NCBI GenBank assembly: GCA_951406725.2 | Contig: OX597815.1 | Coordinates: forward strand, 37,696,001-37,760,000 | DNA: 64,000 nucleotides | Source of the DNA: Octopus vulgaris | Lineage: Eukaryota | Direction: 5' to 3' | Part shown: one piece after another, positions 27,364 to 40,198 of the stretch | How the letters are laid out: the number at the start of each line of letters is the position of its first letter | Numbering within the stretch: position 1 is the first letter of the stretch | Program-made: the position numbers and the translations under genes | The notes under the pieces: generated by a model | What the model saw: only the letters and a program-made list of their open reading frames with translations | Database searches by the model: none | Told to the model about the DNA's origin: nothing

Positions 27364-29480
27364 TCTACGCATGCGTCCGTTGTCAGTGTTATTCCTATCA
27401 CTGATTGAAGTAGCGACGCTGGTTCGAACCTGGTGAAATTGTGATTAAAAAAGAAGCTCAACTGTAAGGTAAGACTTTTGTTTTTGAGTCCATTGGGGGT
27501 TTGTTGTTTGCCGTAATTCTTTATTTACAAACAAGAAGTCCTCACTGGATTCTGGACTCTGGTCTGCCTACAGTTGAGTGAATAGTTTTTCTCACTTAAT
27601 TGTGAGAATTGTTGTTCTGGGGATGTATCTTGCATCCAAATATTTGTTAATTTCAAATGAATAGTTTTTAAAAAAAAATAATTGTGAGAATTCACCGAAG
27701 ATACAACAACTTCTTACCAATTTTTGTGGAAGCTGTATTCTAGTTGTGACGTTCCTGGTTCAAGTTGGATTACCAAATGGTCCTTGCTTACTGAGTGGCC
27801 AGAAGTTTATTGCTTGCTGTGTTTTTTTTGAATTGTTGTTTTCTTTCCTTCTATCTTTTTTTGTGACATTCTGTTTATTGAACTGTTTTCTTTTTTCTTC
27901 TTTACTTTTTGTTGTGACATTCTTTTGATTTTTTTCTTTTTCTTCCTTCTTTTCTTTTTTAAATTTTTATCTTGAACTGTTTTTTAACTTTTTATTAAAA
28001 AAAGAACATAGCAAAGAAGAAGGACAATGTTTTGGAGTGGGAAATTGTACCACCCAAACAGTGGTTGAAAAACTTCGAAGAGAGGACAGTGGTGTTGAGG
28101 GCTTACTCAAAGTCGCTCGACACCAACGCCCTATTTCAAAAGACTGTTATCGAAAGGGAGTTGGCAGAGCATCTGAAAACTATTAAATTCATCTCCAGTG
28201 GGGTCAAATATGCAACGGTATGGTTGCTATTTAACGTTTTGTAGGAAAAAGTTGACAAGAGCTTGCGTCTGTGAGTTGCCACCCGGGATAGAACCCAAGT
28301 GGATAGAGGAGACTATCCGCCGGGGACTGGGTCGCAGTAGAGCCAATCTCCTCAATGTGAACAGTTTGCCTGCGGCTGATTGGGTTCAGTCAAAAGCTGT
28401 TTTGACCCTGTCAAGAATCTGGTTTTTCCAAATTTTTTGATAATGGCCGGGTGCAGGTGCCCGGTGATTCTTGAGGGTCGCCCTCTCCCGTATCATTAGT
28501 GCCTGGAGCCTGGTCATATAAAGGAAAACTGTCCCCAGGAACAAAGTAAGGTCCTGGAGCAGTTGGTTGAGACCACTGTAGAAGAGGTAACGAAAGCGGC
28601 CGAGGAAGCGAATGACTCCTCAAAGAAGAGCTGCAAGAGGAAGAAGATGAGTAACAATGGGTGCTCACCGAAGGATCCTAGGGATAAGGAAGGGGAGGCG
28701 AATTTGCCGGTCACGGAGAAGACGCAGCCTCCCACAGTTGAGAAAAAAAAGCGGAAGAGGAAGAGAAACGGGACATAGCCGGCATTCGGTGACATAGTAC
28801 TGGAATGTCCCGGAACCTCGTCGGTGGGGGTTGTGCCACCGGCAGGGGAAGAGACACCGTCGGTGGGAATTGTGCAGCCGACGGTAGAAGTGACTACCTC
28901 GTTCCGGGAGGAAGACAAATTATTGTTCTTCTTCTACAAAGGCGGAGAGGTGTAGAATGTGCTGGAAAAGCACCATGAGAGAGTACCTTTAGCCTGCACA
29001 CGGGATCCCGAATGGCCTCCACAGATAGCTGTGGAGGTCATAACGTTGCCCGTGTTGCGTAGGCTGGAGGGACTCAATGAGGAAAATCGCTTGTGGCCGG
29101 GCAACGGTGACACGGCATCCGCTTTGTGCTTGAATGAGGCATCGGTGATGGCGGAGGATGGAGTCACAAGCGATATTGGGTAGGGATATGGATAGGAGGT
29201 TGAAAAGCCTCAGTGTGATTGAGAGTTCCTAGTTGGGGAAAAAAGGTAAGAGGCTTAGTGCCTCATTTTGTTTTTGAATATTGTGAACAATGTAAGAGGT
29301 TTGTTGCCTCATGAATACCTTAAGAGATCAATATTCTCGGGAAAGAACGATCGGCGGGCATCGCTGTTTCCCCCATTAATCCTCATTTTCTTTTATTCAC
29401 TTCATATAACATTATGTCTATGTCCATGCCGCAGCTTCCTTTCTCTATGTAAGGCCTTTATGGCCAATATAATGAAATAA
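27364..29480 (+). mobile_element. Decayed ORF1-only non-LTR retroelement (L1/Tx1-like gag) inserted into a SINE head
   Basis: RRM-like ACVCELPPGIEPKWI and zinc-knuckle relic GRPLPYH*CLEPGHIKENCP (about 28475-28537); ends ggcctttatggcc...gaaataa; 15-bp TSD (13/15 identical) at 27349-27363 and 29481-29495. Confidence 0.7.
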
Positions 29481-30063
29481 AGAAGCTTGCTTCCCAACCA
29501 CACGGCTCCGGGTTCAGTCCTACTGCGTGTGACCTTCGGTAAATGTCTTCTACTATAGTAGTTAGTTAACGTGGTTGACAGAAAGTGAAAGAAACCCGTC
29601 GTATATATATATATATATACACACATATATATAACGGGAAGCTTTATGAAAATAAACAAAAGACGAAGGCAGGTGGAAAACAAACGAACAATTGTATTAG
29701 TATGGCGCTCAGGAAATATAAATAAAACAAGTCTTTAACGTTTCGAGCCTACGCTCTTCAACAGAAAGATACACAGAGAGAGAAAAACACAGAAAGAAGG
29801 AGAGAAAAAAAATGCGTGCAGTAGCTAACGAATCAACATGGCGATCTGGCCATATATATATATATATGTATGTATTTGTGTGTCTGTGTTTTCTCCCCCT
29901 CCCCACTATCGTTTGACAACCGATGTTGGTATATTTACGTCCCTGTATATTTACGTCCCTTCGGCAAAGAGTCTGATAGAATAAGTACTTGGCTTAAAAA
30001 GTATAAGTCTTAGGTTCGATTTATTCGACTAAAGCTGGTGAAACAAGTAAAGAATAAAAGAAT
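29481..30063 (+). mobile_element. Remainder of the SINE family A copy whose head lies at 27328-27363; itself interrupted at 29634-29851
   Basis: cttcccaaccacacggctccgggttcagtcc continues the SINE; tail gaaacaagtaaagaataaaag. Confidence 0.8.
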
Positions 30064-30344
30064 ATATATGGGTATGTAAGCTAACCGAACAACTGGGTAT
30101 CTGTGAGATGGCGGCAGGGAATGCGGTGTTTTCGAGGGTGTTTAAATCGGCGTACTTAGGCTTTTATATGTATATGTATCTTTACCCCATAAAACACCAT
30201 AGTCGAATCGCCAAATGTCAAATGAACCGCTGAAGTGCACCCTTGTGTTTTTTCTGTTCGTTTCCTACTAGACTGTCTTGTATTTTTATGACATTAATTA
30301 ATAACATTTTTTGTCATATGAAGATTAGTAATTGCTCAGTGTAT

Positions 30345-30571
30345 TCTCTCTTTACTCTCTTTTCTCTTTTACTTGTTTCAGTCATTTGACTGCGGCCATG
30401 CTGGAGCACCGCCTTTAGTCGAGCAAATCGACCCCGGGACTTATTCTTTGTAAGCCCAGTACTTATTCTATCGGTCTCTTTTGCCGAACTGCTAGGTTAC
30501 GGGGGGCATAAACACACCAGCATCGGTTGTCAAGCGATGTTGGGGTGACAAACACAGACACACAAACACAT

Positions 30572-30618
<47 letters not shown>

Positions 30619-30783
30619 CGACAGGCTTCTTTCAGTTTCCGTCTACCAAATCCACTCACAAGGCATTGGTCGGCCCGGGGCTATAGCAGAAGACACTTGC
30701 CCAAGATGTCACGCAGTGGGACTGAACCCGGAACCATGTGGTTGATTAGCAAGCTACTTACCACACAGCCACTCCTGCGCCTA
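30345..30783 (-). mobile_element. Full-length SINE family A
   Basis: Reverse complement of the 18601 copy. Confidence 0.95.
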
Positions 30784-31803
30784 TACTTATCTTTAAGTTT
30801 TAACTTTTAATATATGAATACAAGTTTTTGTATTCATATATGCGTGTATGTTAGTTATGATTGATTATAAAAGGTTACATAAGTGTAACAAGTATAGTTT
30901 TGATACTTTCAAATTCCTTGTTGCCCACACAAAATGCAAAATCAATCAAATTTTGAAAATCGGATTTAGTAACTTAAAATTAGGTCTAATGAAAAATATT
31001 TTCATTTGTATATGTACAATTGCGATATTCGGATAATGGAGCATGGAAACAAATTATTACAAATGATATACAATTTTCAATATTTTCAATCGAGTTACAT
31101 TTCCGCTAATTCTTCGTTTTAGCAGACGTTCTTAACACACTACATATATGCACCTACAATTTAGATACAATTATGTACTCATTTATCACTATTTCATATG
31201 ATTGTAGTACTAACATTGTTTAGAAAATCACCGATATACTCTTACATATTGTTGTTGCAGCCTGAAATTGTCAGTTTCAATAATATACCTTCATGACATA
31301 ACATTTAAAACCATTGTAAATATAGCCAATACAAAAGTTATTATTTGCTTGAATATGTTACATTCCGTTTATCTCAGTAAATTAGTGTATTTCTATTGCA
31401 TTTAACAGTTCTGAAGTCAATATTGCTTTAATAAACATTTTCTGTACAGATTTTACTTCAGAAGTTCGTTTTTAATACTACTATATATGATAAAAGTTTT
31501 GTTTTAAAAACGTATATTCATGCCGTCTGCTCTTTTTGTTGCTCGGTATTTACAATTCTTACCTCTAACTCACACTCCTTCTCTATCTTGTCTGCATTTC
31601 CAGCTCAGTCTATGTGCCACACTAGTTCAGTTAATAGTGGCTTACCTTGATACTCACAGACTCTGCCACTTAATAAACTAAACTATTCATAACATTTTTA
31701 ACGAAAAAGTAATCCGCTGGTACTGATTGGGAAATACGAATTTTTAAAAGGTATATATAGAATAATAAATCTCTGAACGAGATATAAACAGTAACTGCAC
31801 GAC

Positions 31804-32308
31804 AATGTGAGGTATACTAGCCATCTCAATATGGCCAACCACTAAGGGTGGGTGTTAGTGTAGCTTGTAGCCCCAGGAGAACCTCGTCTCCAGCTGGTTT
31901 TAGGCACACTTTCTGTGCCCTTATTGTATTTGCAAAGGGAGGTCACACTTCCCTCGTCAACCTAAGTGATACGCACGGACTGCAGTTTCTAGGTTTTGAC
32001 CTGTCATCAGCGAACGACAATCACCGGTTTTCGATGAACTTTTTGTCACTGATTTCGAAATCAGTGACAAAAAGTTACTGGAAAAACGATATAAGAATTT
32101 GCATTGGGACCTCCCTTCATCGAAAACCGGTGATTGTCGTACGCTGATGACAGGTTGACGAGGGAAGGGTGACCTCCCTTCGCAAATACCATAAGGGCAC
32201 AGAAAGTGTGCCTAAAGCCAGCTGGAGACGATGTTCTGGGGCTACAAGCTACAGTAACACCCACCCTTAGTGGTTAGCCATATTGAGATGGCTAGTATAC
32301 CTCACATT
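31804..32308. mobile_element. 505-bp fold-back element containing a hammerhead
   Basis: Arms of about 190-230 bp; related to 38737-39006. Confidence 0.88.
31972..32016 (-). ncRNA. Minimal hammerhead ribozyme
   Basis: Minus strand: cgttcg-CTGATGA-cagg tcaaaa ccta-GAAA-ctgcag-TC-cgtgcg; the other arm reads cgtacg-CTGATGA, which gives a fully paired helix I. Confidence 0.75.
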
Positions 32309-32671
32309 ATGTATAAAATGTTTTATCAAATATACGTTTGCTATAAGAGTATATTTCAAGGGTGATAACTTTGTAATTGTTATGAAATTAAAATTTCTAC
32401 CACCAATTGGTCTTCGGCAAAATCAACCCATTGTTTCTGCCTATCGGCTTCTCCCTCTTCCATTATCCTTATCCACAATAGATGGGCTTTGAAAATATTA
32501 CTGACATTTGTACGTGAAACATTTTGTAAGAGTATAAAGTGAGGGAGACTTACTTTTGTGAGATGTTTTTAGTAAACTTTTTCTGTCTGGAAATAAATTT
32601 ATTTTTTTTAATACACATGTAGCAAAAGAGAAAGAAAGTTTACTATATCAACTAGTGAATTGTTGTTAGTA

Positions 32672-32949
32672 TACACTGGCGAAAATAAATTTAAGACCGA
32701 TGATAAAAGTTCTATTTCTTATAAAATATTTTTTTACTAACACCATACAAATTATTTTTATCTGTTACACTTTATGCAGAAATAATTTCTCTTTCGAATG
32801 AAAATTGTTATTGTCTGCATCATTCGAAAGAGAAATAAATTCTGCATAAGGTGTAAAAGATAAAAATAATTTGTATGGTGTTAGTAACAAAATATTTTGT
32901 AAGAAATACAAGTTTTATAATCGGTCTTAAATTTATTTTCGCCAGTGTA
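32672..32949. repeat. 278-bp imperfect palindrome
   Basis: tacactggcgaaaataaatttaagaccgat... / ...atcggtcttaaatttattttcgccagtgta. Confidence 0.9.
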
Positions 32950-33279
32950 GTAACAGTATAATAAAAAATTGTTTGGCTAAATGAATTATATTCATAAAGC
33001 TAAGTTAGAGTAGAAAATTAATAGTCAATAGTTAAAGAGGCAAAATACGTAGCTATGTTCGAAGTATGCAAAAATCGTGTATGTAATATATCTTGTATAT
33101 AAAATTATATATCTTGTATATGATATAATCATGTATACAATATATGCAAAAATCTTGTACAGAATATGTTTCCTCGCGTATTTACATCGCGTACATATTT
33201 ACCTCGCATATATATATATGTAAAAATCTTGTATATAATATATTTATGCTTTCTCGCATATTTACATGTTGCGTTGCCA

Positions 33280-33475
33280 ATTATTCTTTTCTACTCTAGG
33301 CACTAGGCTCGAAATTTTGGGTGAGAGGTGGGTCAATCGATTAGATCGATCCTCAGTGCACAACTAGTACTTCCCTTATCGACTCCGAAAAGATGAAAGA
33401 CAAAGTCGACCTCGGTGGAATTTGAACTCAGAACGTTAAGACAGACGAAATACTCCTAAGCATTTCACTAGGCGT
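33280..33475 (-). mobile_element. SINE family B, head truncated
   Basis: Matches 3296-3490. Confidence 0.8.
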
Positions 33476-33598
33476 AGTATAACACTCAATCAGCTAAGAA
33501 AGTAAATATATTTTATGTGTCTGCATTTTAAAAAATCCGTATAATGTTTGTTCTAACGTTTGTCATCTCCCCTATGCTTTACTTTCTGTGTTTTTCAG

Positions 33599-33743
33599 TG
33601 TCGTTTTCTATATAAGCGTTTTCATTCAAACATCAACTGCCCCGAACGCAGTCAACAAACCGTCTTGTTTATATCAGCTTCAAAACTGGTGAAATAAATT
33701 AAAATCTCGACCAGGAAACGTTGGATAAGTGTGTTTCACAAGT
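33599..33743 (+). other. Candidate spliced, apparently non-coding exon
   Basis: Branch-point-like TTCTAAC at 33551, pyrimidine tract, TTTTCAG acceptor, GTGAGT donor at 33744; stops in the frames checked. Confidence 0.3.
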
Positions 33744-34654
33744 GTGAGTGAACCTTTTGTAAATACAATAATAAACTTTCATTATATATTTAGTATAAAA
33801 AGATAGTAGACTAATATTAGTGCATATAAATCCTTCACGGAAAATGGATATTTCTACGCATTGGAATCGGACCCACAAATTTATTTTCGCAGAGTTCCTA
33901 AATTTAATGGGAAAGAAGAGATGGACATATTGGTAGAGCCAGTCAGCACACTTATCACGAAAATAAGAGGTATGGGTTCAATTCCCGCGCGTACTGATCT
34001 CCATTTTTCTCCCACTGGCGTTTATATAGCCCAATATTAGACTATTTTGCTATAGACAATATATGGCGATACATTATAATTAAATATATATATATATATA
34101 TATATATAACTTTCTTTTTGCTTCCATCGAATTAAACGCGTTAATCTTACTAGGGGTAACGCTTGTAGAAGATTCAAGATGCATGTAAGTAGTAATTATA
34201 GCTAAATTCGCTTCTAATTACTCCGTTAATAAAGATTTATTTGCCCGTTTCTCGATCATACGTTAGCATTCTGAATGTAAGCACGTGGGTTAAATTAAAG
34301 TCTACGATTTAATAAAAGTAAGACGCAAGATCGTTTTAGTATAATTGACAAGTCAATCTGACTTATAGATTCTACATGGTTTGAATCCGGTAGGACGCTT
34401 TCCGCTTACACTTCCACCCTTAGAGTTTTTTTTAAAATTCAATACATTATACGCTAATATTTATAGCTAACTTCGCCCCGAGACCGATTGCTAGTAAAAC
34501 CCTAATTATATACTTTTCGCAGCGCCTATATTACTATTGGATGTATCCATTCGTGTGCACACATACATACATACATACATACATACATACATACATACAT
34601 ACATACATACATACATACATACATACATACACACACACATATATATATATATAT

Positions 34655-35455
34655 AGTGTAATAAATAAAATATATGCATACATACAAACATATATGTACG
34701 TACCTACACCTACATGTATATATACATGCATATATAAATATATATACGTGAGTACAGGACACCATAACTAGACGTAGAACTCAACGAGAAACGAAAACGG
34801 AAAAACCATTTTTTTTACAACAGAAAAACAGAGTACAGGACGTACTACACAAGGAAAAAATCCCCTTCATTACCTGTCACTAGTTCGACTCTAGCGTGTT
34901 TCGAAGGCAAGACAGAACACGACTCGTCAAACGAGTCCTTCCCGCGAGAGAATTAAAATAAAACTACCTCGCAGAAGGGTAAAAACAAGCAAGGAAAAAA
35001 TGTAACACAAACAGGACGTAAAAACGATACAAATAAAACTCCAAAATAAAATAAAAGATAAAAATACATGTACAAGAAAATACAATACGAGAAATAAAAA
35101 TAAACAAGAAAACAAACAAGAAAAACAAACGAAAAGGCCTTTTTCTGACTTAGACGGAGGAGGTTCTGGCAGCGCATGGGAACACAAATGTGTGTCTTTA
35201 CAGTTTGAAGGCCGTGTGTAAAAGGAAGTAGTTTTGGCTAGCAGTGACAAAGATGAGGAGGAGTGAAAGAGAGCGAGATAGAGGAAGACAAGTGGCTGAG
35301 AGAGAGATATGAGGAAGAGTGAGAGAGAGAGAGACAAGGGAAGGTAAAGCAAAGAGATAAGGAATTTCGCGTCATAATTATATATAAAACAGTACTGGGA
35401 GAATAAGAACGGAAAGAAAGCGAACGAATCCAATCGAACCGACGCGAGGGCGCTA
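34655..35455. mobile_element. Interspersed non-coding repeat family (copies at 12697-12825, 47271-48102 and 59290-59620)
   Basis: Shared aaacatatatgtac.tacctac..ctacatgta...gtacaggacacca segment. Confidence 0.75.
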
Positions 35456-36114
35456 TATATATATGTAATGGTGTTTGTTCTCTTGTCATGTTACATAAAA
35501 AAAAATTAACATTAAAGTAGAGAAAATTATTCAACAGTAGTTCTTTATTAAACATTTAGAAGAAGAGAGTAGCAGTAATTTCAAAGTTTTCCCTTACTGT
35601 ACTTCGTACATATATATTCTGCACAAAATAATAAACAACGAATTTTATATTGGCGTATATACACAACAGAATATCTCTTAAACGTGTATTATTAAAAACG
35701 CATCTGAGATTAAGTTTTATCTATTTTATTTAGGGTGTTTCATTCATCTGTTGTGGGTTTTATGTGAGACATAATATTTGTCCACCCGATATCTGTACCC
35801 TCTCACTAGAAAGAAGTTTCTGCATACAAACTAATATAAAAGTGGTTGCCAAATTATCAAAAGTGAAATATCCACATAAAATATTGGCAAATTTCTTCCA
35901 TGAGACACTAACCCTTATATATGAACGAAATGTACTCAATCAGAGGCTTAAAATTAGACAACAGTCTATATGTTACAGGATATAAATCGATCCCCTGCAT
36001 TTGTGCACACAAGAGCGTATGTATTTATGTAGGTATATATATATATATATATGTATGTTTGTGCGTATACATATGTATATAAGCATAAAAAATGGTGATG
36101 ATGACAATGATGAT

Positions 36115-36191
<77 letters not shown>

Positions 36192-36192
<1 letters not shown>

Positions 36193-36796
36193 GCTAAGAA
36201 GGAATATATTCACAGACATGACAGAGTTGGAACCTACATACATTGGAAGCTATGCCAACATTATGGAATAACAACAGAAAAAAGATGGTATAGGCACACA
36301 CCAGAAAAGGTCACAGAAAACGAGAAAGCAACCATACTCTGGGATATGCCGATACACACAGATAGAGAAATTAAGGCCAACAGACCAGATATAGTTGTCA
36401 GAGATCATGAAGAAAAAAATGCTTTCTAATTGATGTATCAATACCGGCAGATGACAACGTGTCTCTAAAAGAAATGGAGAAACTCTCAAAATACAAAGAC
36501 CTGGAAATAGAGGTAACTAGAATATGGAATCTGAAAACAGAAACAATTCCTATCATAGTAGGTGCATTAGGCATGATAACAAAATATTCAGACAAATACA
36601 TAACAAAAACACCAGGACTTACAAACACATATAACATACAGAAAATTGCACTACTAGGCACTGCACACATCCTACGCAGAACACTTTCCATACAATAACC
36701 ATCAGAGCATCACAACAAATCACAGCACATACCCAAGGCACATAGAGCTGCGCTCGGTAGTGAAGTGAAAGCACGCTATAAAAATAAAACTATTGA
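36192..36796 (+). mobile_element. 3' end of an R4/Dong-clade non-LTR retrotransposon inserted in (TAA)n
   Basis: YIHRHDRVG..HWKLC, ILWD..IHTDREIKANRPDIV, KEMEKLSKYKDL, PIIVGALG restriction-like endonuclease; (AAT)n on both sides. Confidence 0.92.
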
Positions 36797-37313
36797 ATAA
36801 TAATAATAATAATATCTGATATAAATGTTGGTTCGTTATTTGATTTATTCATGATCCGATTTACATCATATAATGAGGGAGAGAGAGTAGGAAAAGAGAA
36901 GATTCAGAGAGTAAACATAAGAGGTGAAGGATGAATACACATAGTAGGCTTGCTGGCAGGAAATGATTAAGGAACTTCTACGCACAAACATCGAAGGAGA
37001 AGAAAAGATAGACACGCATAATGAAAAGCAGGAGGGCTAGAGGTGGTGGGAGAGACAACATATCTATGAGAAAAGTTACAGAGATTAGAAATTTGTTTTC
37101 TTTAAAGTAATAAATATTGTACTGTTGTAAATAAATTTTGATTTCATTATTTCGCATCAGCGACAATATATTTGAGTAAATGTTAAATTACGAAACAACA
37201 TCATAGTAGCTGAAAAAGTCGTTATAGGTTTAGAAATACCATAAACAATTATAGAAAAATGAAGGAGAAAAAGATGCTGAATCAAAATTAGATTTACTAC
37301 AAAATCAGGTTCA

Positions 37314-37414
37314 CTACATACGCGCGTTTCAAAGGAAAATACAAATATGTAAGAAAAAATATAACCATAGAAATTATAATTAAATTTATCCACTGTTATT
37401 TTCATCAGTGTGAG
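37314..37414 (-). ncRNA. Hammerhead ribozyme with long loop II
   Basis: Minus strand: ctcaca-CTGATGA-aaa...ttt-GAAA-cgcgcg-TA-tgtag. Confidence 0.65.
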
Positions 37415-38095
37415 GAAGTTTTGTAAGGACATCAAGAAAGGTTTGATAGAATAGAGTAATTTAAAATAAGATAAAATAAGGGAGAATACGAATGGGGTAA
37501 TCGGATATTTGCAATAAGTTTTAAAAGGGAAAAGAATATCAGTAATAATAATAGTAAGAGACGAATGGGAAAAACGACAGACATATGAATGTGTATGCAC
37601 GTCTATATGTGCGGTAATGTGTAATATAAAAATAAGAATGAATAGCTAACTGGTATGTTTAAAAACATGGTAACAGGTCGAGACAATGTATAATAAACAG
37701 GGCCACGTGTGTATAACAGAATATAGCGTAACAGGTGGACTAGTAGAAAAAAACCCATATACATATTGATATTAAAAAACACAAAAATTATATATGTATA
37801 TATATTTTAAACGTGGCTAAACAGTGATAGGCAAGACTACGTCTGAAAAAAGTTACAATATTAAAGTAAAAATGTACATACATGCAGAGAAAAAACAAAA
37901 CAAAAAAGAGAACTTAACAAGGAAAAAACATCGATCAAACAAGACAGCCGGTTTAATTCAAGATACCTTACTCAAAATGTAGCCCGGGGTAGGGGTGACA
38001 ATCAGGAAAGAGTAGGGACAAAAAACGAACATATGAAGAAGAAAAATGCTATAAAATTAGAAGTGATAGAAAAAACGTATACACTTAACACATAA

Positions 38096-38396
38096 TTCGT
38101 TCCTTCTCGAGCCACGCCTGGCTCATAAGGGCCTGTTTCCCGGTTTCTTTGGCATATAGGTTCCCTACCTGGACTGGACGCCGGTTCGTCGCAGGTGAAC
38201 TGCCAGATGCAGGGGAAAAGAGCGAGAGAAAGTTGTGGCGAAAGAGTCAGCAGACGTTCGCCATTACCTTCAGCCGGAGCCGCATGGGGCTTAGGTGTTT
38301 CGCTCATAAACACACACATCGCCCGGTCTGAGATTCGAACCCACATTCCCTCGAACGCGAGTCCGCTGCTCTAACCACTAGGCCATGTGCCTCCAC
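38096..38396 (-). mobile_element. SINE family C with 13-bp TSD
   Basis: tRNA head on the minus strand; ACTTAACACATAA at 38083-38095 and 38399-38411. Confidence 0.9.
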
Positions 38397-38574
38397 TTAC
38401 TTAACACATAAGGATATACAGTCATACTTATATACATACACACATATACAACACACACATATATACATAAATAAAAACAAAACAAACCTACATACACTCA
38501 CTCATATACATACAGGGGTGCAAGTATGAGACAAGATACAAGTAAAATAAAGAAGTACGTATTCACATTAGACG

Positions 38575-39006
<432 letters not shown>

Positions 39007-39147
39007 TATGTTGTGCTGCTACTGTTTACATCACGATCAGAAATTTATTGTTGCTATATATATAACAAAGGCTCTGGTGAAGATAGTAAGGTTAATCACC
39101 CGCTGTTGGATTCTTGCTGATTATGAGAGAAAAACAAGGTAATGGTG

Positions 39148-39199
<52 letters not shown>

Positions 39200-39571
39200 C
39201 CTATCTATATTTATTTATTTATTTATTTCTACGTTGTAATAGGCTGATGGATCCCGGGAAATGGTTATATTCTTAACGCCCTAGAAATCGCCTTATTAAA
39301 TGATATTTATCAAGTGTCGAAACCATAATGGTATCCGTTTGGGCTGCTGATGACTTGAATGTATATAACATTATGCCCGATTGTGAATTTCTTATATCTT
39401 AGTCTTATTATTCTGATCTTCATTCTTGTAAATTGGAAATGTTTGAGGGTCCATGATATATGAAAATCGCTTAGTTTTGTATTGTTTGGTTTTATTCTTA
39501 GGTACTCCATTAGACTTGGAAAATGCCTAGCTTCTAGTGTCTAGTTTTGCATAAAATACATACATACATAT

Positions 39572-39624
<53 letters not shown>

Positions 39625-39773
39625 AAATAAATATAAGAGAGTGGTCACTATATGGCTCACTCTAGCACCAGTTAATCCAAAAGGTTTCAACCACAAAAAT
39701 ACATGTTTCCCATGAAAGTCAGTACGATTGCTAGCTCACACGGACAGGGCAAATAAAAAATAACAAAAATACA

Positions 39774-39865
39774 GATTATTTTGGGACAATTGTTTCGCTA
39801 TTAATGAATTAAATGTAATTTTACTTACAAAAAAATCCACTTGTAGCTCGTCAGCCAAAACTATC
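39774..39865 (-). ncRNA. Type I hammerhead ribozyme (best-formed example)
   Basis: Minus strand: gatagttttgg-CTGACGA-gcta...tagc-GAAA-caattg-TC-ccaaaataatc; canonical G10.1-C11.1 pair, GUC site. Confidence 0.9.
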
Positions 39866-40028
39866 TGGATGAAATCCACTCAATCACACGCCAGATTTTA
39901 CCATAACGATAAATACGCGTGTGGTTCAATTGATTACATCCGACGTTATAATTCAAATGCCCCAACTAACAGCGCGCCAAACTTTCACGGAAAACAAATA
40001 CAGCATTTAGAAATAAATGCAGCATAAT

Positions 40029-40094
40029 TATAATTAATTAATAAGGGTGAGAGAATTAGATACGTATCTAATTCTCTCACCCTTATTAATTAAT

Positions 40095-40098
<4 letters not shown>
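40029..40098. repeat. Perfect 70-bp palindrome without spacer
   Basis: Centred on TACGTA at 40061-40066. Confidence 0.92.
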
Positions 40099-40142
<44 letters not shown>

Positions 40143-40154
40143 TGTATGTATGTA

Positions 40155-40198
<44 letters not shown>

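Noticed and set aside
33920-34000. tRNA-like segment with GGGTTCAATTCCC
   Set aside because: No convincing cloverleaf; probably a decayed repeat within a weak inverted repeat.
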